This document shows positions 63,151 through 64,000 of a DNA stretch of 64,000 nucleotides, one piece after another. The notes beneath the pieces are model-generated. The model did not search any database. It was given only the letters and a program-made list of their open reading frames with translations, and was not told the origin of the DNA. The DNA comes from the human T2T-CHM13v2.0 reference genome, Homo sapiens: assembly GCF_009914755.1 (NCBI RefSeq), contig NC_060926.1, one strand, 5' to 3'. Each line of letters starts with the position of its first letter. Position 1 is the first letter of the stretch. The translations under genes and the position numbers were made by a program.

Positions 63151-64000
63151 GTGGGTGTCTCCACCATCTCCCTGGCCCCGCGTGAATAGGCAAATGGTGA
63201 TTTCTTCACCTGTAAGCTCTGAGGTGAGCAATCGGGTTTTTTTCTAGCCTTAGCACAAAGCAGAGCTTTAAGATGATAAACCTACTTTACCCTTGACAAA
63301 CCCCAAGTGTGGTCTTGAAGGATGGAGCCGATCACCTACAGGTTTAAGGAGCCACATAGAGAAAGGGCGAGCATGGGGCTCCAGGCCCCAGGTTTAAATC
63401 CAGCTCTGCCTTTCTCCAGCCGTGGAAACTCAGCACGTTTCTCTGTATCCCAACATCTTCATCAGTACTAGGGATGTTAAATTTGTGGGAAGGATTATAT
63501 CAGAGCGTCCAAGCTTAGGGTGTGCTGTGGCATGCAGTCGATGTTGAATGAATGACTTTGTTACCATCATCATTATTACTGTGCTTTCTCATTACGATAC
63601 CAAATGTATTCACGATAAAATTAAACTCGAAGCCTCTGCCCCAGGACCCGCTACGGGCCTCTTGGAATCACCTCCCTTATTCATGGAGAGAATGCTCAGG
63701 AGGATGAGGAGGGAGACCCAGGGCTGACCTGGAGGGGAGGTGGACAGTGGGACAGCAGTCCTCCCACAGGAGCCAGGTCCCCCTCTTCCACCCACCTCCT
63801 CACCACCCCATGTGGCTTCCTTCTCAACACTACCAGCTAGAAATGGGACTTGGCTTTTTAAACTCAGCCCCGATGTGGTCACACTGGAGAAATGCATGTC
63901 CGCTCTGTCAGGACAGGACACGCAGGAGGACCAGGAGAGACACTCCCAGGCTAATGGGCATGAGCCCTGGGTCCAAATCTCAGCAAGAGGACCCAAGAGA

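Overview
Primate, almost certainly human, non-coding genomic DNA (intronic or intergenic). It contains Alu J/S/Y, L1PA/L1M, MIR, L2, MaLR/ERVL solo LTRs and hAT DNA-transposon relics. I can support no protein-coding gene: the only ORFs with recognisable protein signal are an L1 ORF2p C-terminal remnant (27381-27779) and a Charlie/hAT transposase remnant (~61055-61760). Repeat subfamily names come from memory of consensus sequences and need RepeatMasker/Dfam confirmation; boundaries of old repeats are approximate. The most notable items are: (1) a ~150-bp non-repeat duplication (11012-11160 and 11788-11941) whose core in both copies resembles a ~75-nt box C/D snoRNA lying ~80 nt upstream of a candidate 3' splice site; (2) a near-perfect 86-bp AT-rich palindrome (13879-13964); (3) an L1PA insertion with an apparent 120-bp 3' transduction and a target-site deletion (34625-35018); (4) a cluster of seven ERVL/MaLR LTRs in ~9 kb; (5) an E-box-dense minisatellite; and (6) several repeat-free, motif-rich blocks that look like developmental enhancers. 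None of these is demonstrated to be a new biological system; the snoRNA-like pair is the best lead.
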